In this document: piece after piece, positions 25,721-37,799 of the stretch | Layout: the number at the start of each line of letters is the position of its first letter | How positions within the stretch are numbered: position 1 is the stretch's first letter | Source: Eledone cirrhosa | Taxonomy: Eukaryota | Length of the DNA stretch: 64,000 nucleotides | Assembly: GCA_964016885.1 (NCBI GenBank) | Contig: OZ024743.1 | Coordinates: 120,032,001-120,096,000 of the forward strand | Direction of reading: 5' to 3' | Translations under genes and position numbers: made by a program | Notes under the pieces: generated by a model | What the model saw: the letters and a program-made list of their open reading frames with translations, nothing else | Database searches by the model: none | What the model was told of the DNA's origin: nothing

Positions 25721-26165
25721 ATGATGGCTGCAAACTCTGCTAAGAGTATTGCAATCGCTTGTCAGATTACAGATAATTGTTTCAACTGTTGGCACAAGGC
25801 CAGCAATTACCCAGTACATTACTGGTGCTTTATTTTATCGACCCCGTAAGGATGAAAGGCAAAGTTAACCTCGGCGGGATTTGAACTCAGATCGTAAAGG
25901 GACATAACTCTTTGCGTCAAAGCATGGCGTCCGACCCTCTACTGATACTGCCAATCCACCGTGCACCTTTAGGCTACAGCCAGCCACACGAGCCTGTAAC
26001 ATAACCTGAACAAACAATGCCTCTGCTTTGAAGGTTTTTTATCCCACTCTCTGAGCATCGAAAACACTACCCGAAAAGAAGGACCGGTCGACATCATCGG
26101 ATGCTTCCGAAGCCGCAGGGGTTTTTTTTTCAGTGTTTCCCTCTGTTAGAAATGTGTTGTGACAA
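25721..26165 (-). mobile_element. RTE-derived non-autonomous element, subfamily 3, interrupted by a SINE
   Basis: Reverse complement shares cctgc..ccgatgatgt..ttctttt..gctcagagagtgggat and the tail gcagccatcat(gtat)n with the 13066 copy. Confidence 0.65.
25774..25960 (-). mobile_element. Dominant SINE copy
   Basis: Full-length consensus match. Confidence 0.9.
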
Positions 26166-26242
26166 CATACATACATACATACATACATACATACATACAT
26201 ACATACATACATACATACATACATACATACATACATACATAC

Positions 26243-26852
26243 ATGGTGGCTGCCAACTCGTTTTCGAGTACGGCCACTACTTTATATCCATGTAGGAGAA
26301 CCCCTACCGATGCGCTAAACGAGTGTGACTTTTTAGTCCAGCCAGCGACTTGAAAACTCTGGTACAAACACTACACCTGTGACAATTATTGACACATAGT
26401 GAATTGCCTTTGGTACCATGTGACGACAAGTGCAGAGAGATCTCCAGATATAAAGCAATGCCTGTGCCGTGAAGCTTTTATAGTGAGCAAAGGCACTGCA
26501 CAAAGCCAGTCCCACTCTCTTAACCAAGATGATATTTACCAAAAAGAAGAACAAGTCAACATCATTGGATACCATCAGGGTTGCAGGTGTTATATCAGAG
26601 TTTTCCTTCTCCTAGAATTCTGCCTTGACAAAGGCTAAGGGGTCATCTCTCCCAGTGATTTTGGATGGCCATTGACTCTTAAGAGCTCCTTTGCCCTTTG
26701 ACAGGTTTTGTTTTTAGTCCTGCAGGATGTCCAAAGTCACCCTCCTCACCAAGAAACCTTGGTGGGGTTGCCAGTTTAGTCGCCAACGACCCGACCATGA
26801 GACAGGTTGTACTGGGATACATGTTACCAGTAGCACCAAGTGGTGACCTGAC
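26243..26852 (-). mobile_element. ~610-bp non-autonomous RTE-derived element, copy A
   Basis: Near-identical to copies B and D; no ORF; RTE-like 5'UTR and 3' tail; flanked by (CATA)n. Confidence 0.85.
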
Positions 26853-26937
26853 ATAATATACATACATACATACATACATACATACATACATACATACATA
26901 CATACATACATACATACATACATACATACATACATAC

Positions 26938-27545
26938 ATGGTGGCTGCCAACTCGTTTTCGAGTACGGCCACTACTTTATAACCATGTAGGAGAACCCCT
27001 ACCGATACGCTGAACGTGTGACTTTTTAGTCCAGCCAGCAACTTGAAAACTCTGGTACAAACACTACACTTGTGACAATTATTGACACATAGTGCTGGGC
27101 CCATGGTACCATGTAATGACAAGTGCAGAGAGATCTCCAGATACAAAGCAATGCCTGTGCCGTGAAGCTTTTATAGTGAGCAAAGGCACTGCACAAAGCC
27201 AGTCCCACTCTCTTAACCAAGATGATATTTACCAAAAAGAAGAACAAGTCAACATCATTGGATACCATCAGGGTTGCAGGTGTTATATCAGAGTTTTCCT
27301 TCTCCTAGAATTCTGCCTTGACAAAGGCTAAGGGGTCATCTCTCCCGGTGATTTTGGATGGCCATTGACTCTTAAGAGCTCCTTTGCCCTTTGACAGGTT
27401 TTGTTTTTAGTCCTGCAGGATGTCCAAAGTCACCCTCCTCACCAAGAAACCTTAGTGGGGTTGCCAGTTTAGTCGCCAACGACCCGACCATGAGACAGGT
27501 TGTACTGGGATACATGTTACCAGTAGCACCAAGTGGTGACCTGAC
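26938..27545 (-). mobile_element. ~610-bp element, copy B (tandem)
   Basis: Direct repeat of copy A, separated by (CATA)n. Confidence 0.85.
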
Positions 27546-27573
27546 ATACATACATACATACATACATACATAC

Positions 27574-27688
27574 ATGGTGGCTGCCAACTCGTTTTCGAGT
27601 ATGGCCACTACTTTATATCCATGTAGGAGAACCCCTACAGATGCGTTGAACGAGTGTGACTTTTTAGTCCATCCAGCGACTTGAAAAC
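27574..27688 (-). mobile_element. ~610-bp element, 5'-truncated copy C
   Basis: Only the 3'-terminal 115 bp are present, flanked by (CATA)n. Confidence 0.85.
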
Positions 27689-27837
27689 ATACATACATAC
27701 ATACATACATACATACATACATACATACATACATACATACATACTACATACATACGTACATACAAACGTACTAGACGCGTCACTTAGCCCTTTTAAAGAA
27801 TATTATATATGTATATATATATATACATATATAATAT

Positions 27838-28022
27838 CATGTCAGTATCGGTAGAGGGTCGGACGCCATGCTTTGCAGCATAGATTTACAGCCCTTTGCG
27901 TTCTGAGTTCAAATCCCACCAAAATTAAATTTGCCTTTCATCCTTACGGGGTCGATAAAATAAACCACCAGTTATACACTTGGATAATTTGCTCGCCTTC
28001 TGCCAGAAGTAGAAACAATTAT
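27838..28022 (+). mobile_element. Dominant SINE copy
   Basis: cagtatcggtagagggtcggacgccatgc...gtagaaacaatt. Confidence 0.88.
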
Positions 28023-28043
28023 ATATAAATATATATATATATA

Positions 28044-28074
<31 letters not shown>

Positions 28075-28234
28075 CTGTATATAGAAGTGGTAACACAACA
28101 GTTAGTTCACCATACCGAGAACATTTGTTTCACCTTAGTGGATCCTTCTACCTAACTCGTCCCATGGACTGAGTGCTCTACCACTACGGATATTACCTTC
28201 CAGTGTTCTACCTCTCTCTCTATATATATTTATA

Positions 28235-28326
<92 letters not shown>

Positions 28327-28343
28327 GAGCGAGAGAGAGAGGG

Positions 28344-28374
<31 letters not shown>

Positions 28375-28404
28375 GAGAGAGAGAGAGAGAACACTGGAAG
28401 GTTC

Positions 28405-28488
<84 letters not shown>

Positions 28489-28570
28489 CAGTCGACTGTA
28501 TATATATATATACAGTCGAGACTTTGAAGAAAAAATAGATATATCTCTGTGTCTATTATTTCCTCTTATT

Positions 28571-28722
28571 AGGGCAGTGGTTTGGCAGTATCGGTAGAGG
28601 GTCGGACGCCATGCTTTTAAGCATAGAGTTACGATCCTTTATGATCTGAGTTCAAATCCCGCCGAGGTTAACTTTGCCTTTCATCCTTACGGAGTCGATA
28701 AAATAAAGTACCAGTCACGCAC
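28571..28722 (+). mobile_element. Dominant SINE copy, 3'-truncated
   Basis: Head and central domain present. Confidence 0.85.
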
Positions 28723-28761
28723 TCTGATACGTTATGGTCCACCTGTTATCTTACCACACTC

Positions 28762-28808
28762 TCTTTGTTTTAACGTTTCGGACGCTAGTCCTTCATCAGA
28801 AGAAAGAA
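28762..28808 (-). ncRNA. Minimal Penelope-type hammerhead ribozyme
   Basis: CTGATGA-A-GGAC-TAGC-GTCC-GAAACGTT; palindromic AACGTT stem III. Confidence 0.72.
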
Positions 28809-29100
28809 TGAGAAATAAAATAGATTAAGGGGTCGGGCGGGAAGGAATTTGAAAAAATGTCTTTAGATAAAAATAACAGGTCCATTCATGTTGACATCTC
28901 TAGTTGCTGATCATGGGTTAATGACAAATTTGCTCTTATTTGTAAAGTTATAGTTGTTACATTTGTTACTGTCCCTTGTGCACTAAAGCAAGTTGTATCG
29001 ACCTTAAAGCACCGAAACAACGGTCGACTGATGAGATGGGCCTATTGTCTGTATTCGTTCATTTTCCTGTCTTCGTTTATATTATATATATGTGTGTGCG

Positions 29101-29155
<55 letters not shown>

Positions 29156-29679
29156 CATAATTTGTAAGGCAGTATAGTCAGTTGATAGAACTTTTAGTAG
29201 TGTTAGTTGTATTTATATTATGACATCATTATATAGAATATTGAATTTTTATTTAGATTTGGCTATTAGAATTGATTCTATACCGAATCTTTATGTTATG
29301 GAGTATCTTATTGTAAGTAACGCTAGTGAAATAATGCTTTCCCGTCAAGTTTGTTTTCTTTTGTCTGCTAATAATTTGCTGCAATAGCTCATTGTTACAA
29401 TTGTATAATTGGTCTACTTGTAGGTGCAATGTACAAAACAAAATAGACTCAAGTAGTTAACTTTCATGTTTGTACTTGAATTCATATATTACATTGGCCA
29501 TTTATAGTTTATTCTCTAGGTTTTATTGATTTCTTTCATAAGCAACCAATGTAATGACAACATGAACAGTCTATGTGAAATGAAACAACTAAAACAAGCA
29601 ACGGAAACTGGTCTGCGCTTTGGGCTGTTGTTTTAATAATAACTAGCAAGACCCGTGGAAATTCCACGTGTAATAAATT

Positions 29680-29890
29680 TTCTTCTTCTTCTTCTTCTTC
29701 TTCTTCTTCTTCTTCTTCTTCTTCTTCTTCTTCTTCTTCTTCTTCTTCCTGAGAGGGTCGTTGGGACAGAGCCCTCAAACACTCCTTCCAGCGGGTCCTG
29801 TTAGAAGCAGCCAGCTCCACCTGATCTGGCTGGATCCCCAAGCGTAACCAGCTAAGCTCATGGATGTTATCCAACCATGTTCCTCATTTT
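29680..29890 (-). mobile_element. RTE LINE 3' end with (GAA)n tail
   Basis: W.DNIHELSW...AASNRTRWKECLRAL followed by a GAA repeat tail. Confidence 0.7.
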
Positions 29891-30079
29891 TACTTTGATG
29901 CATAAATTCATATATCCTCAGGACAGTGTTTCATTATATTAAAATATTCATGACGATGAGCTAGATAATGGGATTTGAAAATTTTGAATCTAGTAACAAT
30001 ATAGTAAATATTAGTATTTCCTTATCGTTTTATAGTCTTCTTTTCCTGACAGTTGCTACATTACACACAATAATACGTA

Positions 30080-30178
<99 letters not shown>

Positions 30179-30864
30179 TCTCTCTCTCTCTCTCTCTCCC
30201 TCTCTCTCTTTCTCGCTCTCGGTGGTTGTCTTACTCTCTATCTGATTTTTTCTACCATGCAATCAAGAATGGAAAAAGAGTGCCTATTACCCTTTTTAGA
30301 ACCTTTGAGACTGGTGGAAGGTATCCGCAAATAAAAAATGTGGCGCTAATACTTGCAATAGAGTGGACTCCACTAAAAGCACTTCGGTCCGCCAATCTAT
30401 TACCTGGTTTGATACATTATTTTATCGACTCCAATTTCTAAGACCCTGCAGAAAAGTCATTGATTTCGATTTTCCTTTTCTAATGAAGTCCTGAAAAGAA
30501 AGATAACATGTTTATTATATTCTACCAACAAAGTCAATTACTGTAGTGTAAAATATTTGGAAAAATATATATTACGTCTACGAGAAATCCTACATCTACA
30601 GCAACTAAGGCTCAACTTGTGGGCTCTCTAAATTCTAAAAGGGTAAACATGGAAAAGAAATTGAGAACGTCCCAATGGTAGGAGAGACCATATCCTAAAA
30701 TGGTACCAATGTTAATCATAGGCAGAATTCAATGCAATAACAATGAATGGCGATAAATTGAAGAAATATGTCCGCGACGTTTCGTACTCTACTGTACTCG
30801 TAAACAACGATTAAATAATATTTGACTGTTTCGAAACGACTATATTACGATAGTTATTTTATAG

Positions 30865-30990
30865 TAAGTGGCAAATTGTTAGAGAGCCGGATGAAAAAAA
30901 ATGTGTTCTAAGTTCAAATTACGCCGAGGTCATCTTCACCATTCACGATTTGAAAGTCAATAAATAAAATACCAATTCAATACTGTAGTC
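30865..30990 (+). mobile_element. Degenerate SINE
   Basis: gttcaaattacgccgaggtca...ataaaatacca. Confidence 0.55.
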
Positions 30991-31459
30991 GTTTTTCTCT
31001 TCCGAGAGAAGAAATCGGCTGTTCTGAGCTGGAGGAGGATGGTCTCTGCTAGGTTGGTTCAAAAATGTCCAAGACATATATGTCAAGATGCAGCATCTAC
31101 GACTCCATCCGGAGTTAAGGGCCTTTTTATCCTTACCTTACCTTACATGAATGAGGTTGGAACTGAAAAAAAACAAAAACAATTTGAATCTTACTTGTGG
31201 TGTATTTTAGTTGAGCCAAACCAGCGAAAGCCTCTATGTTGCCTCCAGTATGCTAGAAACGGTTGCATATCTCCATTATCTTACACCGTACGGTTACATT
31301 ATATAATGTCCCTAATGGATACAATGTATCAATCCAACATCATCGTGGACGGAACGTCAATGGTGAATTGAGGCTAAACAACAACAGCAGTCATTACTTA
31401 AGACCTCTAATGTACACAATTTAGCTAATCCTTTGTACCGCCATTCCTAGCTTCACCAT

Positions 31460-31491
31460 TTCCTCTCTCTCTTTCTTTCTCTCTCTTTCTT

Positions 31492-31524
<33 letters not shown>

Positions 31525-31737
31525 CTCTTTCTTTCTTCCACTTTCTCTCTCTCTCTCTTTCTCTCATTCTCTCTCTTTCTTTCTTGTCTCTTTCTTTCTT
31601 GTCTCTTTCTTTCTTGTCTCTTTCTTTCTCTCTCTTTCTTTCATTCTCTCTCTCTCTATCTATCTATCTATCTCTCTCTTTCTTTCTTCCACTTTCTCTC
31701 TCTCTCTCTTTCTCTCATTCTCTCTCTTTCTTTCTTG

Positions 31738-31777
<40 letters not shown>

Positions 31778-31795
31778 CTCTCTCTTTCTTTCTTG

Positions 31796-31826
<31 letters not shown>

Positions 31827-32385
31827 CCTCTCTCTCTCTCTCTCTCTTTCTCTTATTCTCTCTCTCTTTCTTTCTCCCTCTCTCTTTCTTTCTCCCCCTC
31901 CCTATTTCTCTATTTCTTTCTTCCTCTCTCTCTCTCTTTCTTTCTCCCCCTCTCTCTTTCTCTCATTATCTCTCTTTCTCTCATTCTCCCTCTCTCTTTC
32001 TTTCTTCCTCTCTCTCTCTTTCTTTCTTCTCTTTCTCTCTCTCTTTCTCTCATTCTCTCTCTCTTTCTTTCTTTCTTCCTCTCTCTCTCTTTCTCTCATT
32101 CTCTCTCTCTTTCTTTCTCCTCCCTCTCTCTTTCTTTCTTCCCCCTCTCTCTTTCTCTCTTTCTTCACCTGTGTTTCTCTTATAACCTCTTTCTTACAAT
32201 CTTCCTCATTTATCTTATTTTACCTAGCGTTATATTCCTCCTGTCTCTTTATCTCACTCTTTGTCTTTATCCTTACTTTCCTTCTTCCACTCTTCCTTTC
32301 TCTCTTCCCCTTTTGCTCTCTTTTTTCCCACTATCTCCCTCTCCCTCTCCCCCTTTCACTTTCCTGTCTCTCCCCCTCTCTATTT
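31460..32385. repeat. ~0.9-kb polypyrimidine (CT/CTTT) tract
   Basis: Direct reading. Confidence 0.95.
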
Positions 32386-33019
32386 CTATTACACAGCAAC
32401 ACAGCATGTTACACAACATTAAATAAAATAACAGTAAAACTATCTATCACACTGTCACTCAAAATGAAAAAACAAAATCAAAAAATCAAACATATAAAAA
32501 TATAAACTCCACAGTGACTGTTTCAAGACTCTGACCTGTAGAATACGGTTGAATAAGTAACTCTTTGTATAATCATCACTTATTAATTGTGCGGAATTAA
32601 TTTTATGCTTAACAGTTTTTTTTGGTAGGCGTGACTTTTCATACACAAAACTCAACTCATGATATTTCCCTATAAAATCATAAGCATTTCTTTTGTTTAA
32701 TTATTACATTTTTCTTTGTTTTTATTTATTTCATTTTTAGTTTATTTATTCATTTATCTATTTATTTATTGTCTTATTAATTTTATCTCATTACTGAGAA
32801 GAATTTCAGAAATTCTTTTGCGCTGATATGAGAACTTTCAAAAAACAACTTTGAGAACATACACTACACTGTTCTACTTTTAGATTCTTCAAACCGTCTC
32901 GTTTCCAGCTGGTTTCCACTGGTTACTATAGATATTAACATGTTGTAGTATAAACAGTAAATAGTGATTTGTAATATATCTAGCGTCTAATGATTTCTGA
33001 GATGGAAATTGTAACTATG

Positions 33020-33130
33020 CGGTAAACACAACGGTTACAGCGTCGGACTAAATGCCTTGTTCTGAGTTCAAATCCCACCGAGGTCATATTTGCCTTTCAT
33101 CGTTTCAAGGCCGATGAATAAAGTACTACT
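33020..33130 (+). mobile_element. Degenerate SINE
   Basis: ctgagttcaaatcccaccgaggtc..tttgcctttcatc. Confidence 0.65.
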
Positions 33131-33289
33131 TTAAAGCTGTGGAGTGCCAGTGTTGTTAGACTGTTCAATAGGAAGCCTTGTAGGGTTTTCTTTTACTCAC
33201 CCCTAAGCAAGGCAATAAAGCTACTAAAATGCAAGGTGTTACTGAGAAAGTAGAAGCTGACAATACAGAGAGAACATAATTGAAGGGGC

Positions 33290-33520
33290 GAGAAGATTAC
33301 GATTCATGCTGCTTTTGAAGTTTTGCAAATTGTGGTCAGGAAAGCAAGAAACGAAGAGAATTCCATAGGTCAGATGTGTGAGGGAAGAAACTGTCAATAA
33401 AATTTGCGATTGTATTTAAGAACTTCAGTTGTAACTGGCTGAAACAAAACCTCCAATCTGGTGTTCCATTTAAAGTCATCAATTCGAGACAATAAAGAAA
33501 AAATCTCACCAGAACATTTG
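33290..33520 (-). mobile_element. CR1/L2-like LINE 3' remnant
   Basis: SFFPHTSDLWNSL resembles the SFFPRT..LWNSLP C-terminal motif. Confidence 0.5.
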
Positions 33521-33525
33521 CCATG

Positions 33526-33716
33526 AAAATCTATATTATAAAACAGAAGCTGTTTCTCCATGTATCTATCCGTTACACATATATGTAGAGAGATAGAAAA
33601 ACGGGAGTGTAAAAAAAATGTTTGTTAAGAAAGAGAGTGAGAGAGGGGGGGAGAGAGAACGAGAGAGGGAGAGAGCGAGAGAGACAAAGAGAAAGCGTGT
33701 GTGTGTGTGTGTGTGC
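33526..33716 (+). repeat. ~190-bp direct repeat, left copy (Helitron-like TCTATATTATAAA start)
   Basis: Colinear with 35891-36090. Confidence 0.85.
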
Positions 33717-35895
33717 AAGGGCGTAGTAACGCTGATCAGGAAAGACGAGAACAAGGGGCGCGAAATTAACAACTTCAGCCCCTTAACTCTGCTCAACACA
33801 GAGTTAAAGATTTTGGCCAAGGTGCTAGCGACGAGGTTGGCGCTTGTCGTCGAGAACCTGGTAGGGAAAGCGCAAACGTGTGCAATCCCGACCAGGTCCA
33901 TACACGACAACCTCCACCTCATGCGATACATCATAGAGAGGGTGGGTAGTAAACCCGGCTCCGGTGGGGCTCTGATCAACTTGGATCAGTCTAAGGCATT
34001 CGATAGGGTCGACCATCGATACTTGGAAGCGCTTCTCAAGGCGGCCGGTTTCGGTCCCGTGTTCAGAGGATGGATCGAGGCGATGCACACCAGCATCTGC
34101 TCAAGGGTCAAGGTGAACGGCTACCTGTCGGAGCCGTTCGCAATCACGCGTTCCATTCGACAGGGGTGCCCTCTCTCTCCTCCATTCTGTATGTATTGAC
34201 TCTAGAGCCACTACTGCGGAAATTGGAGCTGTTGCAGGGCATCCCTCTAGAACCGGGACTGAGCAAAGCGGCGTCGGCTTATGCCGACGACGTGACGGTA
34301 ATGGTGTCGAGCACCTCGGAAATCGGAGTGATCGGCAACTTACTGAAAGAATACGAAACGCTGACGGGAGCAAAACTAAACCCGGACAAGTCTGTCGGTT
34401 TGCAACTCGGTATGTGGAGAGGCAAACTGATGACGTCCGACAACGTCGTTGGACGTTAGACGGACGGACCGGTGAAATTGCTCGGGGTCTGGTTCGGTCC
34501 AGACCTCCAGGTGGAGAAAAACTGGAACGAGGTCACGGCCAAGGTGTTTGCACTCACCCAGAAGTGGGCAGAGTGCAAACTGACCTTGAAAGGTCGAGCG
34601 GAGGTGGCGAACACTTTCATAGCGTCCGTCATCTACTACCGCTTGACTGTCGTGCCTTGTCCCCGTGAACACCTCGCCAAGATGGAACGCATGCTCTTCC
34701 AGTTTCTGTGGAAAAAACAGGCTCTGCTGGTGAGGAGATCCGTCTGCTGTCAGCACCCTTCCAACGGAGGGCTGGGAATGCCGTGGCTGATGATGCGCAA
34801 CATGCGCTGAGGCTGCGGCATCTCCAGGTATTCCTCACCGACCCCCAACCGGTGTGGGCACCGTTTGTGAGACAGGCTTTCCCACAGCTCGTATCGCTGA
34901 CGGAGCTGCAGTCCTGGGTCAAGATCGAAAACGATGGGCGCCTGGCACATTGAATACGCTCAGGCGATCACAGTCCTCTGGCAAGCGGGCGCAGCAATCA
35001 GTGGAGACTCCACTTCGACATTCTATAGAGGGATTGTACGTTACAAGGGCGACGACGTGCTCGGAGAGACTCTGGGCGTCGAAGACGATGAGCTCACCTG
35101 TCTGTTTGGTAGGACTTTCCGCCCGGGACCTATGGACAACTTCCAGAGGGCCCTTGCCTGGCAGTGCTACCGAGGAGCTCTACCGGTTCGTGACAAGATC
35201 TACAGGCACGGACGCCCCGGCAGGGATCCTTCCAAGAGGACGTGTCCAAGATGCGCACAGGACATTGAAACAGTCCTGCACGCAATTGTACACTGCCCGG
35301 GCGTAACCGACCTGTGGAACTATGCAGAACAACTGCTGTCGCGTATGGGACAAATCCAGTTGACTGCTGAGTCCATAGTAAGGATCAAACCGCCAGCCTC
35401 TTTCAAAAACGAAAGAGAGGCGGTTTTCCTCTGTACGGTGGCTATGGTGAAAGAAGTTATATGGTGGACGAGGTTGAGAGGGCTGAGGACAGATGCCTTT
35501 CTCTCCGGACAACAATTGATTCCCTTCTTTAAGTATCACTTTAGAAGGAGAATCAGGGTGGAGAGAGAGGCACTGCACCCCAGTAAATTTACTGAAAGGT
35601 GGGTGAATGAAGCGAAAATGGCCCAAGTGATTGGGCCTTCTCTGTTTATAAGCCTGTAGGTTGAAGAAGAGAGCAAAAGGAAGAAAGGATCACTTGCACA
35701 ACACGCTCCTGGAGTTGAGGGTTGTTCTATCGACGGCGTATTAAACAACCCATTTGTGGCGCCTCCCCCCTATTGGAGATTTCGATTGTTGTAATTGTTT
35801 GTTTTTATATTTTTTACACGACTGTATGTAAAATCCCCGGCATGTCTTTGTATTGTCCCCTTTTCTTGTGCGCCCTTGTGGCTAATAAAGAAATA
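33717..35895 (+). mobile_element. L1/Tx1-clade LINE, 5'-truncated ORF2 (RT + zf-RVT) and 3'UTR
   Basis: NFSPLTLLNTELKILAKVLATRL; LDQSKAFDRVDH; RQGCPLS; YADD; GGLG; CPRC..ETVLHAIVHC; AATAAA at the 3' end; three frameshifts and one stop. Confidence 0.95.
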
Positions 35896-36065
35896 TATAT
35901 TATAAAATAGGAGCTGTTTCTCCATTTATCCGTTACACATATATGTAGAGAGAGAGAAAAAGGGGAGGCGTAAAAAATGTTTGTTAAGAGAGAGAGTGAG
36001 AGAGAGGGGGAGGAGAAAGGGAGAGAGAGAATGAGAGAGGGAGAGAGCAGGGGAGACAAAGAGAA

Positions 36066-36090
<25 letters not shown>
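35891..36090 (+). repeat. ~190-bp direct repeat, right copy
   Basis: Colinear with 33526-33716. Confidence 0.85.
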
Positions 36091-36162
<72 letters not shown>

Positions 36163-36619
36163 ATGAAAGATATATTTCTTTATTAGCCACGAAAGATAGA
36201 AAGTTTAAAGCGTAATTCAACAATACAATGACGTCATAATAACAAATTGACATATTATTTGAATACTGACATATTTCAATATCAGTATTCAAACTGTCTT
36301 CACCGAGAGAAGTCAATCTAAACATTATTTGAACAATTCATGAAGGTACGTACATGATTAACAAATATTTTTACCGAAGCGACGAGTAACGAGTAATATT
36401 TCTACAGTGTGATTGTGACTGAAGCTGACATGTTTTGTGCTCTGCATGGAGTGTATATACACAAGTACAGTTTTGCATTATATACGTATACTTCATGCTC
36501 AGCGTTTCCCTCGGATATTTTCGCCTTTTTACTTTGTCAACTCACATGATCAGTGCAAAATTCGTGTTCCTTTTTCTATATATATTTGGCCGTCTTTCTA
36601 GACAATAGTAAATATACTT

Positions 36620-37300
36620 TCACCTTTCACCTCCCAAACCCCACAATGGTGTCTTGCTCCATGCCTTGCCTTCCTTCTCCACCGGCACACAGCTGGATAG
36701 CGATAGCCTGCGCATCGGCGTTTCCCTGAGGCTTGGCCTCCATATCTGCGAGCCACATAAATGTCGCTGTGGATCCACCGTGGACTCTTTCGGCCTCCAC
36801 CCGCTTTCCTGTCGCCGCAGTGTCGGCCGCCTTCCATGTCATGTTGCCCTCAATGAGGTCATAAAGCATGGCTTGGATGTTTCAAGTCTCCCCTCCCAGC
36901 TCGAGCCGGTGGGGCTGGACCGAGGGGACGGCAAAAGGCCAGAGGGTATGACCATCTTCCCGCTCCGCGGTGACAAAGCCCTCGTCTGGGATACCACTTG
37001 CACCGACACTTTCTCCAGCCGCAACCTGGTGCAGTCTGCAACTAACCCAGATTCTGCTGCACGTCGGGCTGAGGAGACCAAACTCTCCAAGTACCGGTCG
37101 CTCTCCGACAGGTTTGCGGTCGTTCCCGTAGCAGTGAAGACTTCTGGTGTCCTTGCCCCTGGGGTTACCTCCCTACTCACCTCTATAGGCTGGCCAGCTG
37201 CAGGTGCGAGCCTCACGAGTTGGAATGGCTCTTCCAGCGCATCTCCTTTACCATCCTCCGGGGAAACGTCTTCTTCGTTCTGTCTGCCGGGGCTGTGGAG
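36620..37300 (+). mobile_element. CRE-like non-LTR retrotransposon C-terminus (Zn knuckle + RLE)
   Basis: LRIGVSLRLG..HKCRCGSTVDSFGLHPLSC..CH..GKRPEGMT..LVWDTTCTDT..EETKLSKY..VPVAVKTSG. Confidence 0.88.
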
Positions 37301-37579
37301 AGGCCAGCACGTGGGACCCCATATGCTCCCCATACGGAGAGATGGGGAGGGCGAAAGAGATGGACGCGATGACGGTGGGAGTTCGGCTCTTCCATGTTCG
37401 GACCATATCCTTGTGGTTGTGTTCATTATGTATAGAGTTCATTTCATCTTATGAATCTGAACACACCTAAAAGGAGTTTCGATATAGAGATTGCTAGGAT
37501 AATCTCAGTTGGTCAACGTCTTTTCCTCTATATGTACCTATACATGTATCCATATAGATATACATACATACATTATATA

Positions 37580-37686
<107 letters not shown>

Positions 37687-37799
37687 ATGCATATGTATGT
37701 GTTTATATATAGAGTGAGAGCGAGGGGGAGAGACAGACAGAGACAGAGACAGAGAGAGATTTAAAAGAGGCGAAGTCAGTGTTGCATCATATGTAGAAA

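Noticed and set aside
26243-27740. CRISPR-like repeat-spacer appearance of (CATA)n alternating with unique blocks
   Set aside because: The 'spacers' are near-identical retroelement copies, the context is eukaryotic, and there are no cas genes.
29641-29672. Helitron-like end actagcaagacccgtggaaattccacg
   Set aside because: Only about 30 bp; too little to call an element.
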